Positions 36,201 to 48,651 are shown, numbered from the whole stretch's first letter. The stretch is DNA of 56,668 nucleotides, filler included, from Squatina squatina (GCA_031763465.1; 3 parts of 2 records of this genome joined end to end with filler, not necessarily neighbours in it), one strand, 5' to 3'. The notes: generated from the sequence alone by a model not told the origin. A program made the numbers and translations.

Positions 36201-36939
36201 GTGGTTCCATTGACTTCAATGGAAAAGAAAAATGGGCGGTGTGTAAAACAGGCTTCCAACGCACCATTGCCCATATTACTCTGCAGCCCGAGACAAATTA
36301 CACCCCAATGGGTCTGTTCCTCAAAGAACAAAAGCATCCATTTTTTTAGTTTTTCAGGTAATTCATTCACTTTAACTTTACCCTCGAATGGAGGGGGAGC
36401 TTTTATTCTTGGTACACAGGAACAGGAGTNNNNNNNNNNNNNNNNNNNNNNNNNNNNNNNNNNNNNNNNNNNNNNNNNNNNNNNNNNNNNNNNNNNNNNN
36501 NNNNNNNNNNNNNNNNNNNNNNNNNNNNNAAGCTCCATAAGGTTGAATAAATATTCATGAATCCATTCACTGCTTCAAGCTAAAATGTACACCATACCAT
36601 CAGAATTTAATTGGGGAGGAAATGGCATAGCGCAACCCATTACAAGTGCAGAAACCATAAATAAGTACGGGACTATATGAAAAAAATATAAAACTGCAGT
36701 ACACCTCTGTGGAGTCTATTAAAAATCTATGGTCACATCAGGTGCGCCAAATAAAAGCTAATTAAAATTCAGCGACGGGAACTCTCCTACAGCCAAAACA
36801 TGAAAGAAATGTGCCCATGGAAGGGCATCTTTTAAAAAATAAAAAGGTGGGGAAAGGGAAAGGAACAAAAGAATATCCTGCCAGGGCAATCCAAGGTACT
36901 CCGACAATTATACTTCCAACGCCAATTATTTGAATTTAG

Positions 36940-37160
36940 CCTGATAGGTCCCTCATTGGGTCAATATCTTTGTCCAGCAACCAGCCCCCTCATTAGTTCA
37001 ATCTATTTATCCAATGATAAGGCCCTTCATTAATGTTATTGAACCAATGATGGGACTGGTCATTGGATAATTATATTGAACCATCCAGTGATCAGTCCCC
37101 TCATTGGTTCAATTGTATTATCCAGAGTCCCTTGAATTTGTTTATTATCTAGTGACCACA
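36940..37160. repeat. ~39-bp minisatellite containing an inverted unit
   Basis: Unit approx. ccagtgatcagtcccctcattggttcaatt..tattat; forward copies at ~36940, 36974, 37011 and 37085, reverse copy at 37038-37082. Confidence 0.8.
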
Positions 37161-37184
37161 CCCCCCCGCCACCCCTCCAACTAC

Positions 37185-37392
37185 CCCACTGGAAGATGCT
37201 TTTGCCTGGATGTTGGCTGAGGATGGAATCAGACTTGGCAGTGATCACCCCTACAATTGAATAGCCTGCCAACGGTGTCTAGGTTGAATCATGACAAACG
37301 GCCAATTGCGCTAGCTGTTGAAGGATCGCTGACACCTAGGGAACCAATGCCCCCATTGTGTGTCAGCACCTTTTTAGGAGAGGAGTGGGAAA
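37185..37392 (+). mobile_element. AmnSINE2-like SINE, 3' half
   Basis: ccccactggaaga...tgaggatggaatcagacttggcagtgat...gaatagcctgccaac...gtcagcacctttttaggagagg. Confidence 0.55.
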
Positions 37393-39069
37393 CAAACTGC
37401 CATTGTACAGCTTTAAATAGATTATCATGCATTTAAATAATTTCTTTTGTCAGCAGAATAATGCCAATAACTTTTATGAACAGAACCATATCCGACACAT
37501 TTAGTTTTGTTGCTGCAAAGAATGCCGCAGTTGCCAACTCGCTCACCTGTGCCAAACGAGAATGTTCCAGACCAAACCTCAGGGAGAAAATGTCAAGGAG
37601 CAGTGTATAATATTTTGTCAGTGTGGTTGTTTTGTATGCAGCAGAACAGGAACACCATTATTGTGAGATTATTGTTGAGGTTAAGACCTTATAATTTGTA
37701 ATGTAGCAAGTTGTAGTATGTGAGAGAGTTTCTTCTGTTTGTGATGTTTGGCACTTGAGTCCGTCTAAATGCCATGTTACTGGAGTAATGGTAAGGGAAC
37801 ATTTTAAGTTACCATGGTTCAAATGCACGTCAAAGTACGTGAATTAGACATAGTATAGGAGCGTATTTGGATAAAATGGGTGGAGGCGCTATGTCATATA
37901 TTAATAATCTAATAAAAATGAATGAAAACATTATGAGTGACATCTATGACCTCATCTAAGACTATGGGCACATATGTGGCTTATGTGCTAGCTGATGCAA
38001 TCAGCTCATCTGCGATTTCTGTTGCCAGACTAATATTGTAATTCAATATGGATTTTCTAAGTAGGAACATTTTAACTGTTCAAAGTGACTTGGGGTAATT
38101 ACAGGCTAGAGTCAGAAATCTAAATTGGTAGGAGTGGGCAATCCAGCAATCCAGGATAAAACTGAGATTTNNNNNNNNNNNNNNNNNNNNNNNNNNNNNN
38201 NNNNNNNNNNNNNNNNNNNNNNNNNNNNNNNNNNNNNNNNNNNNNNNNNNNNNNNNNNNNNNNNNNNNNNCCATGTGCATTAGTGATCAGCTTCCTGGAT
38301 GTGATAATTTAGCCCCATGTAAATGACCTTTTCATACTTTCAGAAATGTTCTCAAGCCAAATGTTGTTTATCACATTTAGTGAATGCAATCAACAAGATT
38401 CAGCTGGAAATAATTTATATAGAACAATCTAACGAATAGTTAGCCAATCACTTTATATGCAAATCTAATCATCGGCTATTTGTGAAAAATCTCAAAAGGC
38501 AGCAACTAAGCAGTGGTTGCTGATAGTTACACATGTAAAATTAAATAGTCATTGTCTCTATGAGACAAATTCAAATCACACCAATCAGTATAAAACTTTA
38601 GATGTTGAAACTGAACAAGTTCTCTGGAAAACAAATCTCTGCAAATCTGGAAAATTTGCTGTTGCGACTTTTTGTCACTGAAAGAATCAGTAGCAATGAA
38701 CAGAAGTCTCGTGGAATCCTCTTAGTGATTTAAAAAAAAACGCTGTATTTTAGCTTTTGGAATGCAGAGCGAGAGTTCAGCCAACTAACTGTTAATGGTG
38801 AGTGAGACTTAATGGATCAATCTGCTCCGCCTTGTCAGTGATTCCACTTTTGACTCTTGGAATGTGTTTGATGAAAAGGAAAGCAATCGTGGCGGACAGA
38901 AGACACAGATGTAACATGTTGGGGGTTAGATTTTACAAGAACAATGGAGTAATGTAGCAGTGCACTGAGTTTTTTTTTTCTAATCCAATGGAAGGGTGCA
39001 AATATTTAGACCCAAAGGCATGTGTTTTATTTCTAGTCCATTTATTTCAGGATTTATTTTTATTCCTCT

Positions 39070-39428
39070 CCAGTTTTCTTCCTGTCTTGAAGCTCTGGTT
39101 CATGCTGGAGTACCATTCCAAGCGTGCTGGCAATCTTCCAGATTTCATCCAAGTAACCATTCTTCATGTCTCAAGCTAGACATTGCGTGTCAACCATGGG
39201 AAGGGACCAGAACATCAAAGTTGCACATGGTCCCGTCCTCAACTAACGTTCACACATGCATGTACTTGTAGTAGTTCACCCTGCACAGTGAATTTTATCC
39301 TTCCTAGCCCAGAGGCATTGAAACCAATTGTAGCATTGACCTCCATCACTACCCCAACTGAGATTGGCTAACTAAGGAAGGACAAGATATTGAACCTTGA
39401 ACTTTCCTGCTCTGTATGTCTCAGTTAA
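39070..39428 (-). mobile_element. AmnSINE2-like tRNA-derived SINE, near full length
   Basis: Minus strand reads aggttcaata...agttagccaatctcagttggggtag...gctacaattggtttcaatgcctctgggctagg...catgaagaatggttacttgg...gtactccagcatgaa. Confidence 0.6.
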
Positions 39429-40338
39429 GTTAAGGGTTCTGATGCAAAGTCATCGATCTAAAATGTTAACTGTTCCTCTCACTAGAGACACTGCCTGACC
39501 TGATGTGTGTTTCCAGCATCCTTTCTTTTTATTTAAGAGTTCTTAGCTGCTTCTTATATTGTTCTTCTAACTTGGATTCCTGACGCCTCATGTCTGTGAG
39601 CCGGTTCATCCTACTTATCCTGTTAAATCCATTTTCTTCTGCCTGGTAGCAGACTCAGAGGCCCAAGCAGAACTATACAAAAGCAACTTTAATTCCTAGA
39701 TACTCCTTTGACATAGATGGCTTTTGCAAGACATGCTCTTTTATAATATGCAGTTGAATCCACAAACCTGATCTAAACAAATTATTTTTTGTAACTTGTT
39801 GCCAAGTCTGAATTTGCTCCACACACTGCTAATAGTTAACCAGTCACTTATATGAAAATCTATTCATTGGCTATTTGTTGATTTACTGCATACATCAGAG
39901 CTTCATTGCCCTTCCAGACCAGATTTGACTTCTACTCCCCAATCCCCAGTCACCTTTTAGGACCTTCGCACCAGTTATTACAGCCACTGAACAGAACTGT
40001 GGCTTATTTAACATTNNNNNNNNNNNNNNNNNNNNNNNNNNNNNNNNNNNNNNNNNNNNNNNNNNNNNNNNNNNNNNNNNNNNNNNNNNNNNNNNNNNNN
40101 NNNNNNNNNNNNNNNCAGCTCATTTTGAGGAAAGAGCCCTGGCCAAACAAATCAGCTTCCTATACGGTCAGCATTTAATTTATCATACATTCATTCAATT
40201 GATTCCTAATATTTGGAGTTTGTCTGAAAATCTGTTCATCAAATGTAATATGAGTGCAATTCGCAGTGATTCTGGCAATAATGCAATTTGTGTTCCACAT
40301 AAAACATGACCGTATCCATGATTTGAATTCACTTCCAG

Positions 40339-40416
40339 AGACACAGAAGGTGTCGGGGTACAGGCAGTGTCTTCATGGACCGAGTGGAAAAAAAACTTAC
40401 AAAGCTTTGGCAAAAG
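40339..40416 (+). CDS. Candidate 78-nt internal exon of an unidentified gene
   Basis: ttcacttccag| ... AAG|gtgagc; length divisible by 3; no stop in any frame. No homology recognised. Confidence 0.35.
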
Positions 40417-41908
40417 GTGAGCGAGCATGGGAATACTCAATGTATACCTTGGCTGGATTCTTTCAATATTTTCTTTGGTGATGAGCCAAGAGAGACTAAA
40501 TTTTCAAACATAACTGATTTATCCTCACAATATACAGTTTGATTATCACACATTCCCTGAGAATGCTTTAACAGTGTAGGTTGACAACATTTGACGTTCT
40601 GTTGGAGCTTGAAATTCATCTTAAAGGCCAAGGAGTGTGAAGATTTATTTAGACTTATTCCATTACTTGCTTTGCAATGCACACTTTTGACTTTGTGTCA
40701 TAGTGTAAAGTGGGTGACAGCTCAATTTACATCTCTCCCAAATTTTATTTCTATTGACTTCAGCTTTTATTTTTTATTTTCTTCTTCAAAAGAAGAAGCC
40801 TAAACTTTGCTCTGAAATGTATGGTCCAGTCGGTTGCACACAGGCCGAAATATTTCCGGTCTGTGACTGGGGGATGTGTTTGATGAAAGTGAGCAGAATC
40901 CGAGGAGCAAATGTTTATCAGCTTCCATAGATAAACAGAACCAACCTGGTCAGCATAATTCTGCTATTGTAGGCACCTTTCAGTTCTCTAACCCAAAATG
41001 TTTGCTGTACACTCTTCCTGCCAGCAGCTTTTTTTTTGGGCAAATAATTCGCAACCTAAAATTGTTCGGCCCTCCTTTTATACCTAATACAAAACCACTC
41101 ATCAGCAAGATTANNNNNNNNNNNNNNNNNNNNNNNNNNNNNNNNNNNNNNNNNNNNNNNNNNNNNNNNNNNNNNNNNNNNNNNNNNNNNNNNNNNNNNN
41201 NNNNNNNNNNNNNTTGATGTCTGCCCTTGGCTGAAGGAAGCTGACAGAAAAATGCACAGTGTAGAGAGTCTTTGGTCATTTGTATACTTAAGCATGTTTA
41301 AATTTAGAGCATTGAGGTCACTAGCCTTTCTCATGCAATTTCTGCACTATGTCTCTACTTCAGCAAACAAACAAAACCAAACCAAACCAAATCCCCAAAG
41401 TTTAAAGAGATGCCCACAATCTTTTGGGTGAGCTGTGTATTACATTATCTCTCCATTACATTCAAGCCGTTTTATTTCCTTCCTGTTACCAGGAGGATGC
41501 TGTTTTTTCCATGTGCCGTATTTATTAACTGACCAGTTGTCCAAAACGTGCCTGACAGAACCAGACAGCTCAATGAATCCAGCGTAGAGATCCTGTATCC
41601 GCCCTGACCACATAACCAACTCAAATCCGTGCATCCCAGGCGGTTTGGCTACGTGGTGTCCAGCTGTTGTTTGTTTTTCCAACTGCTACTGTAAATCATA
41701 TCCATTTTTGTTGGCCTTAGCTGAATAATCAAAAGACACTCCTTTTAATGTATTGCGGCCACCTTATTGGGCAATATTTCCATTAAAATTTTATCTGAAA
41801 ATATTAACCACATATATGAAGAAAATTAAATTTACTAATTATCCATGTGCAAAACCTTATACCCCCTCTTAACACTGCCATTACGTTTCTACTGCTCCTT
41901 GATAGTGT

Positions 41909-41952
41909 AGTATGGCTGGTAGAAGGCTGCAGTATGGCTGGTAGAAGGCTGC
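41909..41952. repeat. Perfect 22-bp tandem duplication
   Basis: agtatggctggtagaaggctgc x2. Confidence 0.95.
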
Positions 41953-42351
41953 TAAATATCAGGGCCAAAGACTACAGGTGGCCTTGCAGGGTGCCCTCGA
42001 CCAGCTCTGGGCTTGGAAGGCCCGGCTTGGACTGCACCACCTCAGGCTGGGCAGCGGCAGTCTGGGCTGGCTGGTGACAGGCAGTGAGAAGTACAATGGC
42101 GGAGTGACAGTAGTGGGCTCAGGAATGCTGTCCTTGTGAGAGAGGACAGCAGGTTCCTGCTTCACTGACACACTGCCACTCCCCCAGGGCAGCATCTCAG
42201 CATCACCACCAATCTGATGGACCACAGATCTGAGATCCCCGGTCGACTGCGGTGGACCCAGTGATGATGTCAGCAGTCAGAGCTTACATGGCATCCAGCT
42301 GAGACTGNNNNNNNNNNNNNNNNNNNNNNNNNNNNNNNNNNNNNNNNNNNN

Positions 42352-42363
42352 TTAATTAATTAA
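42352..42363. other. Synthetic six-frame-stop scaffold linker TTAATTAATTAA
   Basis: Centred in a 100-base N spacer. Confidence 0.95.
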
Positions 42364-43099
42364 NNNNNNNNNNNNNNNNNNNNNNNNNNNNNNNNNNNNN
42401 NNNNNNNAAACAGCTCATTCATTTAAGCCTGACCTAGGCCTCAGTTAGAAAGATTCTACTTGATTCAATGACGTCCGCCAACTTAAAGGAGCGGAGCACT
42501 GATTTGAGTCCAATCCCTGCAATCGGCTCTTTGGAATTCTCCCTTTTCTTTGATGCTAAGTCTGCACATTTTCTGTCGCATGGTCTCAAGAAGAAAATTA
42601 CTATCTTGACAAATGTCATTCTGAACACAGCAATGAAAAAAACATGAAAAATTAGGGAAGTGTGTGGAATCACTGCCTAGTTCGCAATCATATGGACCTT
42701 TACATACACTGAATCTTTGTAGCGTTTTGTTTTATTTTGGTGCTAAAATGTTACCACTATCGTCCAAGAATATCAAGCAGATCTTCAATCCTGTACCACT
42801 GTGAGTGGGCGAGTGTACGCTGTTCCCATTCCGAGGTTTCCAAATCCCTTTATAACCTTGTTGACCAACATTTTGAGCTGTGTTATCCTTTGTCAAGTGA
42901 AAGAATCTGAAGGATTTATTTACGACAGTAACAAATATCTTATGTCATACATAGTTTTGGAATAACTTAAGTGTATATGCCTAATTATTTTGGTATGTGT
43001 TTTGTCTTGCTGCTATTGAACTGCTGTTAATGAGCTTGTAAAAAAATACATAATTTATGATGTCATCTGTAGTCTTGGTTCAAATATTTCTGGTTATGT

Positions 43100-43225
43100 T
43101 TCTATTAAATGTTAAAATAATGTTTGTAAAGAAATTTGCAATGTATTGAATTAAAGTTAAAAATTTCTTACTTGGCAATAAAACTTATACAACTATTTAA
43201 AGACTCATTTTTATTTGTTTTTGCA
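43100..43225 (+). terminator. Candidate polyadenylation region of a plus-strand gene
   Basis: Two ATTAAA, then AATAAA at 43177-43182, then a U/GU-rich tract, at the end of ~750 nt of repeat-free AU-rich UTR-like sequence. Confidence 0.45.
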
Positions 43226-44253
43226 CCTTCTTTCTAATGGGACTAATCAGTACTCTGTTACCTGCACAAGGGACAAAAATCCACAAGAATGTTTTGTATC
43301 GGATAGAGTGAGGAATTATTACCTTACTTATAACATTGGATACAATTCATTTTTCAAAGCCACCATTTGTCCCAAAGGATTATATTTCTCCCTTGGAATA
43401 ACCCGAGGATTAGGGGTGATCCCACAATCTGGCATTCCCAGGGAAAAGTGGTATTCACAGCAGTGTATCTCGGAATCACAGGCGTGGAACCTGTGATTTT
43501 CTACTTTCCAATACCACGCACCACTGGGAACACTGGATCATAGCATCATGCATCACCACATTCCCAAAATGGCTCTGCGTGGTTAGTCTCGCAAGCACAC
43601 TAAAGCAAGTACTGTGAGACTGCTTCTTATAGAGAATCAGACATTGCTTGATCTTTGCACAGTAAACCGTGTGAAGCCCCATTTTAAAAAATTTCTAAGT
43701 GGCTCACTGCACTCCTGGGGACTTTATAAACTTCAGTCTTGACNNNNNNNNNNNNNNNNNNNNNNNNNNNNNNNNNNNNNNNNNNNNNNNNNNNNNNNNN
43801 NNNNNNNNNNNNNNNNNNNNNNNNNNNNNNNNNNNNNNNNNNNTGAGATTAATCGGATCCTTTTTTTCAGTCAAATTTTTGTTCGTCAAAAATAGAAAAT
43901 ATTGTAGATTCCAGCAGACCTATGTTAGATTAAGTATGCTCTTTTGGTTCAATCACTGAGCCTTTGGTTTGAATTAAATACCCTATACTTCGAAAAGTAT
44001 CCTTCTTAGCATAGGAATGTAGCTTCCTGGTGGTCCTTCTGTTTTAAGGACAAGTGAAGGATTGATGCAGCAAATAATGTCCTTTTACAGTGAGGAATAT
44101 TCAGATGTAAACTACAAAATGAAAACTAAGGGGAAAACTGAGGAGAAAAAAGGCACAAATCACAGGACTGCAGAAATAGTGAATATATACAGTATGAAAG
44201 CAAAGATACCAGTGGGTTTTCTGTTTTTCCCTCAATCTCTCACTTTCCCAAAG

Positions 44254-44316
44254 GCAGCAGCAGTTTGGCTGCCATAGCAACACATATTAGTTCAACCAGC
44301 ACTTCCATGACCCCAG
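44254..44316 (+). CDS. Candidate 63-nt exon of an unidentified gene
   Basis: Long pyrimidine tract ttttctgtttttccctcaatctctcactttcccaaag| and CAG|gtaaga donor; phase-1 frame (G)SSSLAAIATHISSTSTSMTP is open. Confidence 0.45.
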
Positions 44317-45184
44317 GTAAGATTGAATTTGTAGGCTGTTTACCTTTTATATCGACCACATTTGTAAAAAAAACTATTTGAATTGTGTTTAACCCTCTAA
44401 TGAAAATGATAAAAAAGGTACAAAGTTAAAAGCTTAACATCGTTACCTGTTCCAGTTTATCAGAGTATGGGAAAGGTTTAACACTCTGCTCATTATTTGG
44501 ACATGTTAAAGGTTGGAACTTTATCATTTTTTTAGGAGTTACGATTACATCTTTGTGCCTTTTTAAATCTCTAGCTATAATATTGGCCGGAATTTTAGTT
44601 TGGAGGTGAACTACCGTTAAAACCGTTGGTTGGGGTTGGGATTCAGGTTTTTAACTCTAAGCTCCCACCTGTTTTTTGGGGTTAAAATTCCCCCCCATGT
44701 GTTACAACCTTGCAACACATTCCAAGTTCATGCATTGAGGTTTGGATGCAATTTTGTTTTTGCCAATGTATATTATGCCAGCAATACAAGGTAGGCTCCT
44801 TTGATTATGTTGCTTTACTTTTCTTTGTTCTTTTCGGATCATGATTAACTTAACTGTTGCTGTGCACCACATCAGTAATAAAAGCAGTCCAGCCTCATTA
44901 GCAAGACCAGTCAAGCAACTGAGAAACTAGAGGCTCAGCACTTCCATTGGATATATTATTATTACTGTTATATAACTGTTCCCACTGCCTGCAATCAGAT
45001 AAAAGGTTGCAAATGAAAGGTAACAGAGAAAAATGGCATGCCAATAGAATGAGGTGGTTAATTAGTTTCCATAAAAGGAGACAAGTTTAACAAATCCCCG
45101 TGTGACTGTCACATAATCTTGCGCGACTCTGTTGGGTGGGTTTTGTCAGTTCCAGGCAGACACCTGGATGGGCACTATACGTCA

Positions 45185-45735
45185 TAAGACCGTAAGAAAT
45201 AGGAGCTAGCGTAGGCCATTCGGGCCTTCAAGCCAGCTCCGCCATTCAATAAGATCACAGCTGATCTTTGGCCTCAACTCAATCTTCCAAAAATATCCAC
45301 ATATCCTTTGGTTCCCTTACTATCCAAAAATCTATCGATCTCTGACTTGAATATACTCAATGACTGAACATCCACAGCCCTTTGGGGTAGAGAATTCCAA
45401 AGATTCATTATCCTTTGAATGAAGAAATTTCTCATCTCTGTCCTAAATGGCCAACCCCTTAATCTGAAACTATGCCCCGTAGTTCTTGACTCCCCAGCCA
45501 GGGGAACTATTCTCCCAGCATCTATCCTGTCAAGCACCTTAAGAATTTTATATGTTTCAATGAGATCACCTCTCATTCTTCTAAATTCTAGGGAATATAA
45601 GCCTAGCCTCCTCAATCTCTCCTCATAGGACAATCCTCCTATCCCAGGAATCAGTCTGGTGAATCTTTGTTGCAGTCCTTGCAAGGCAAGTATATACTTC
45701 CTTAGATAAGGAGACCAAAACAGTGTCGGAGAGGT
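45185..45735 (-). mobile_element. CR1 LINE ORF2 C-terminus and 3' end
   Basis: FWSPYLRKYILALQGLQQRFTRLIPGIGGLSYEERLRRLGLYSLEFRRMRGDLIETYKILK...LWNSLPQRAV. Confidence 0.93.
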
Positions 45736-48570
45736 CCTATCCAGGCTGGGAGAGGGGTGGGGGGGGGGGGAGCTGAAACAACACTGCAGTGNNNNNNNNN
45801 NNNNNNNNNNNNNNNNNNNNNNNNNNNNNNNNNNNNNNNNNNNNNNNNNNNNNNNNNNNNNNNNNNNNNNNNNNNNNNNNNNNNNNNNNNNCTGCCTGCA
45901 GCCTGACAAGAGTTTCCCATGGACAGATGCATTCGGCTCCCAATTGCATCTACCCTTTACAAGGCCAGCAGAATTCCCAGTGTAGCGCTGGGATCTTGCA
46001 TATCTGGATCCCAGGTTAACTCATGGTCCTTCGCGCTCTGCAAGAGTCCACTGGAGAGGCTGTGGATTGTTGACTCATCTTTCTCAAGGTGTTTACATTT
46101 CTCCATTTAGTTAAGCAGTAGGAAAATGTACTTTTGGATATTAAATGAAAGAAGCCTACACTTGTTAATCGGAGATCACTTAAGAAAGAATTAAAAGCAT
46201 CCAGCTGTGTGACAGTTAAGATAGTTTTCCCAAGGCTTTTGATATTTCCATGAGCAATTGACCTTCAAACTATTTACTGCATAGTAGCAAGTATCAGTGG
46301 GAAGATTTAAGTCTCAAAAATATACTGACTGTCTTCAAAGATCTTTTGGATAATTTATTGACTGTGTAGCAATTGATTTGAATTTAACTTGCTCCTTTTA
46401 GTGAAAGTGTCAAATTTAATTTCCCATCAACATTTCCACATTATAGACTGTCGTGAACCTACAACATGACAGAAATCATTTAGTAGCCCAACTAAATTTA
46501 TGTCATAGCTGCCAAAATACCTTAGTAGGTAGGAAGATAGGATCAGGAGATTATTCAGCCCCTTGACCCTGTTCGACCATTCAATTAGCTGATGGCTGAT
46601 CTGCATCTCNNNNNNNNNNNNNNNNNNNNNNNNNNNNNNNNNNNNNNNNNNNNNNNNNNNNNNNNNNNNNNNNNNNNNNNNNNNNNNNNNNNNNNNNNNN
46701 NNNNNNNNNAATATATTAATTGCACAGTAACAGATCTAAATGCAATGCTTTGCCACCATTTTGAAGCAGCAGTCTTGCTACCATCAACAACAGAGATAAA
46801 AATGAATCTAACAGGCGATGTAAAGGGGTCACTAGCTGTGGCAACTCATACTTTTGACCAGAGCCCATGTTTTCTTCCTCCTATGTATTTTGTATCATTA
46901 ATAATTTACTACTCTTTTAAAGGTCATTGAACTCATTGTACTTTTGCTTTATGCTGGCTTCTCTGCCAGCTCTTGTTATGTAACCTAAATGTCATCCAAT
47001 CTTTTACACCTGTCCTTGATAGGTCCTACATTCATTGGAGATCATTTATTGATGCCTATTTCTCTTCCATATTATTCTATTAACTCTCCTCCCTTTTCAT
47101 TTACTTTTTAACCAATTACAGTTTGAGTTCCCAAAGTTTTCACAAAGAATAGCTTTTGCTTTCATTAGTTTCTGCCAGAACTCTTTTTCTCTGTCACAAT
47201 TTTCCATAAATGGTTCCAAATTATGGAATAAAAAGTGAACAATGAACTTCCCCAAAACAACCCTTCAAACTGTTTTCACATAAAATGTCTTGGCGTGACA
47301 TTTCTATTTGGCCACCCTTTTGATGATTTGATGGATGCTTGTCATTTAATCCCAACAGCTGACCGATCCCTCCACAGGAGCTGTGGTGACAATCACCTGC
47401 TGTGGCAAGAGAACATTCTGGAGCTTTGTGCCTCAGATCAGCTGCACAGTGAAAGGTGCACTCCTTGACAGTTCATTATAGCTTTACAGTAACGTGATAT
47501 GACTGGCAAGGAAGCCCATGCAAGACGGTACTGAACTGCAGGTTACAAGAGATGATGATGTTAAAAATAAGATGGCATGTTNNNNNNNNNNNNNNNNNNN
47601 NNNNNNNNNNNNNNNNNNNNNNNNNNNNNNNNNNNNNNNNNNNNNNNNNNNNNNNNNNNNNNNNNNNNNNNNNNNNNNNNNATTCAAAATATATATACTC
47701 AGCTTTCATGTTCCATTGAACATTTCATTATATCTGTCTAACAATAACATATGGCTGTTGTTATAGCAGTAATAACTGGATATGAGACACCTCCACGTAA
47801 GAGATAAGTTAAACAGTGCCATATTTATACTGGCCAGCTTATATCTACCCATACTGAGGACACTCCACATGCACTATTGCATACCATACCTGCATATTAC
47901 AGTAGCACAGTTTTGGAGGCATTTGTAGTGCAGATTCATGTGCTCTGTTTACCCTTCGTTGGACAAATGAAATTTGCTTAGCTGGCATACGTCTACCGGT
48001 CTGGTGGTCAGAGTCCCACCATTAAGGAAGTAGACCAGTTTATATGGGTCTCGTGACATGCTGTGTTAGCTCCAGCTGTTAGATTGGGACTGGCACAATG
48101 TGACGCTGTGATCAGACATATGTCTGTCCAACAGAAATGTTGGATGCCAATTTGCAGTTTGGCAGTCTTAGACTAGGAATGTATCCTGAGCTGAATTTAA
48201 TGCCAAATTCAAAACACAGCAGCATAAGTTTGCAGTCAACTCTGGGACTTTCACACGTTTTCAAGTTGTAGAACTCAGCCTCATTGACTTTATCTTCCCG
48301 AGACAGCTTTTCATTTGATAATATTCTTACACAGTTTGGTGATGTTGCTGGAGCTCTTCATTTAAATAATCATGACCTTCTGTGGAGTTGATTGTGCAGT
48401 TATGAAGGAGTGGGAGTGCAACAAGAAAATGTGTGAAATTAATTGAGTAAATAAAATCGTTATGTGTGGTAAGAAACAAAATATGTTTAGCGGATAAATC
48501 TTAAGAATTAGTCCAAATATAGATCTGCTGAATTAAAACGCACAGTAAATAAAATAAAGAGAAGCTTTAC

Positions 48571-48597
48571 CTTTGACGCAAGAGAACGGCCCCAATC
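48571..48597 (-). CDS. Candidate 27-nt microexon
   Basis: tattttatctgcttttattaattgaag|GATTGGGGCCGTTCTCTTGCGTCAAAG|gtaaag; GC-rich island in AT-rich flanks. Confidence 0.35.
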
Positions 48598-48651
48598 CTT
48601 CAATTAATAAAAGCAGATAAAATANNNNNNNNNNTTTTCTGACACCTGACT

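Noticed and set aside
41475-41685. Minus-strand open frame (LEKQ...QHPP) with a GT donor
   Set aside because: Weak acceptor and no recognisable homology.
48571-48597. Identity with the NLGN1 splice-site-B insert (also 27 nt)
   Set aside because: Peptide does not resemble GNRWSNSTK.
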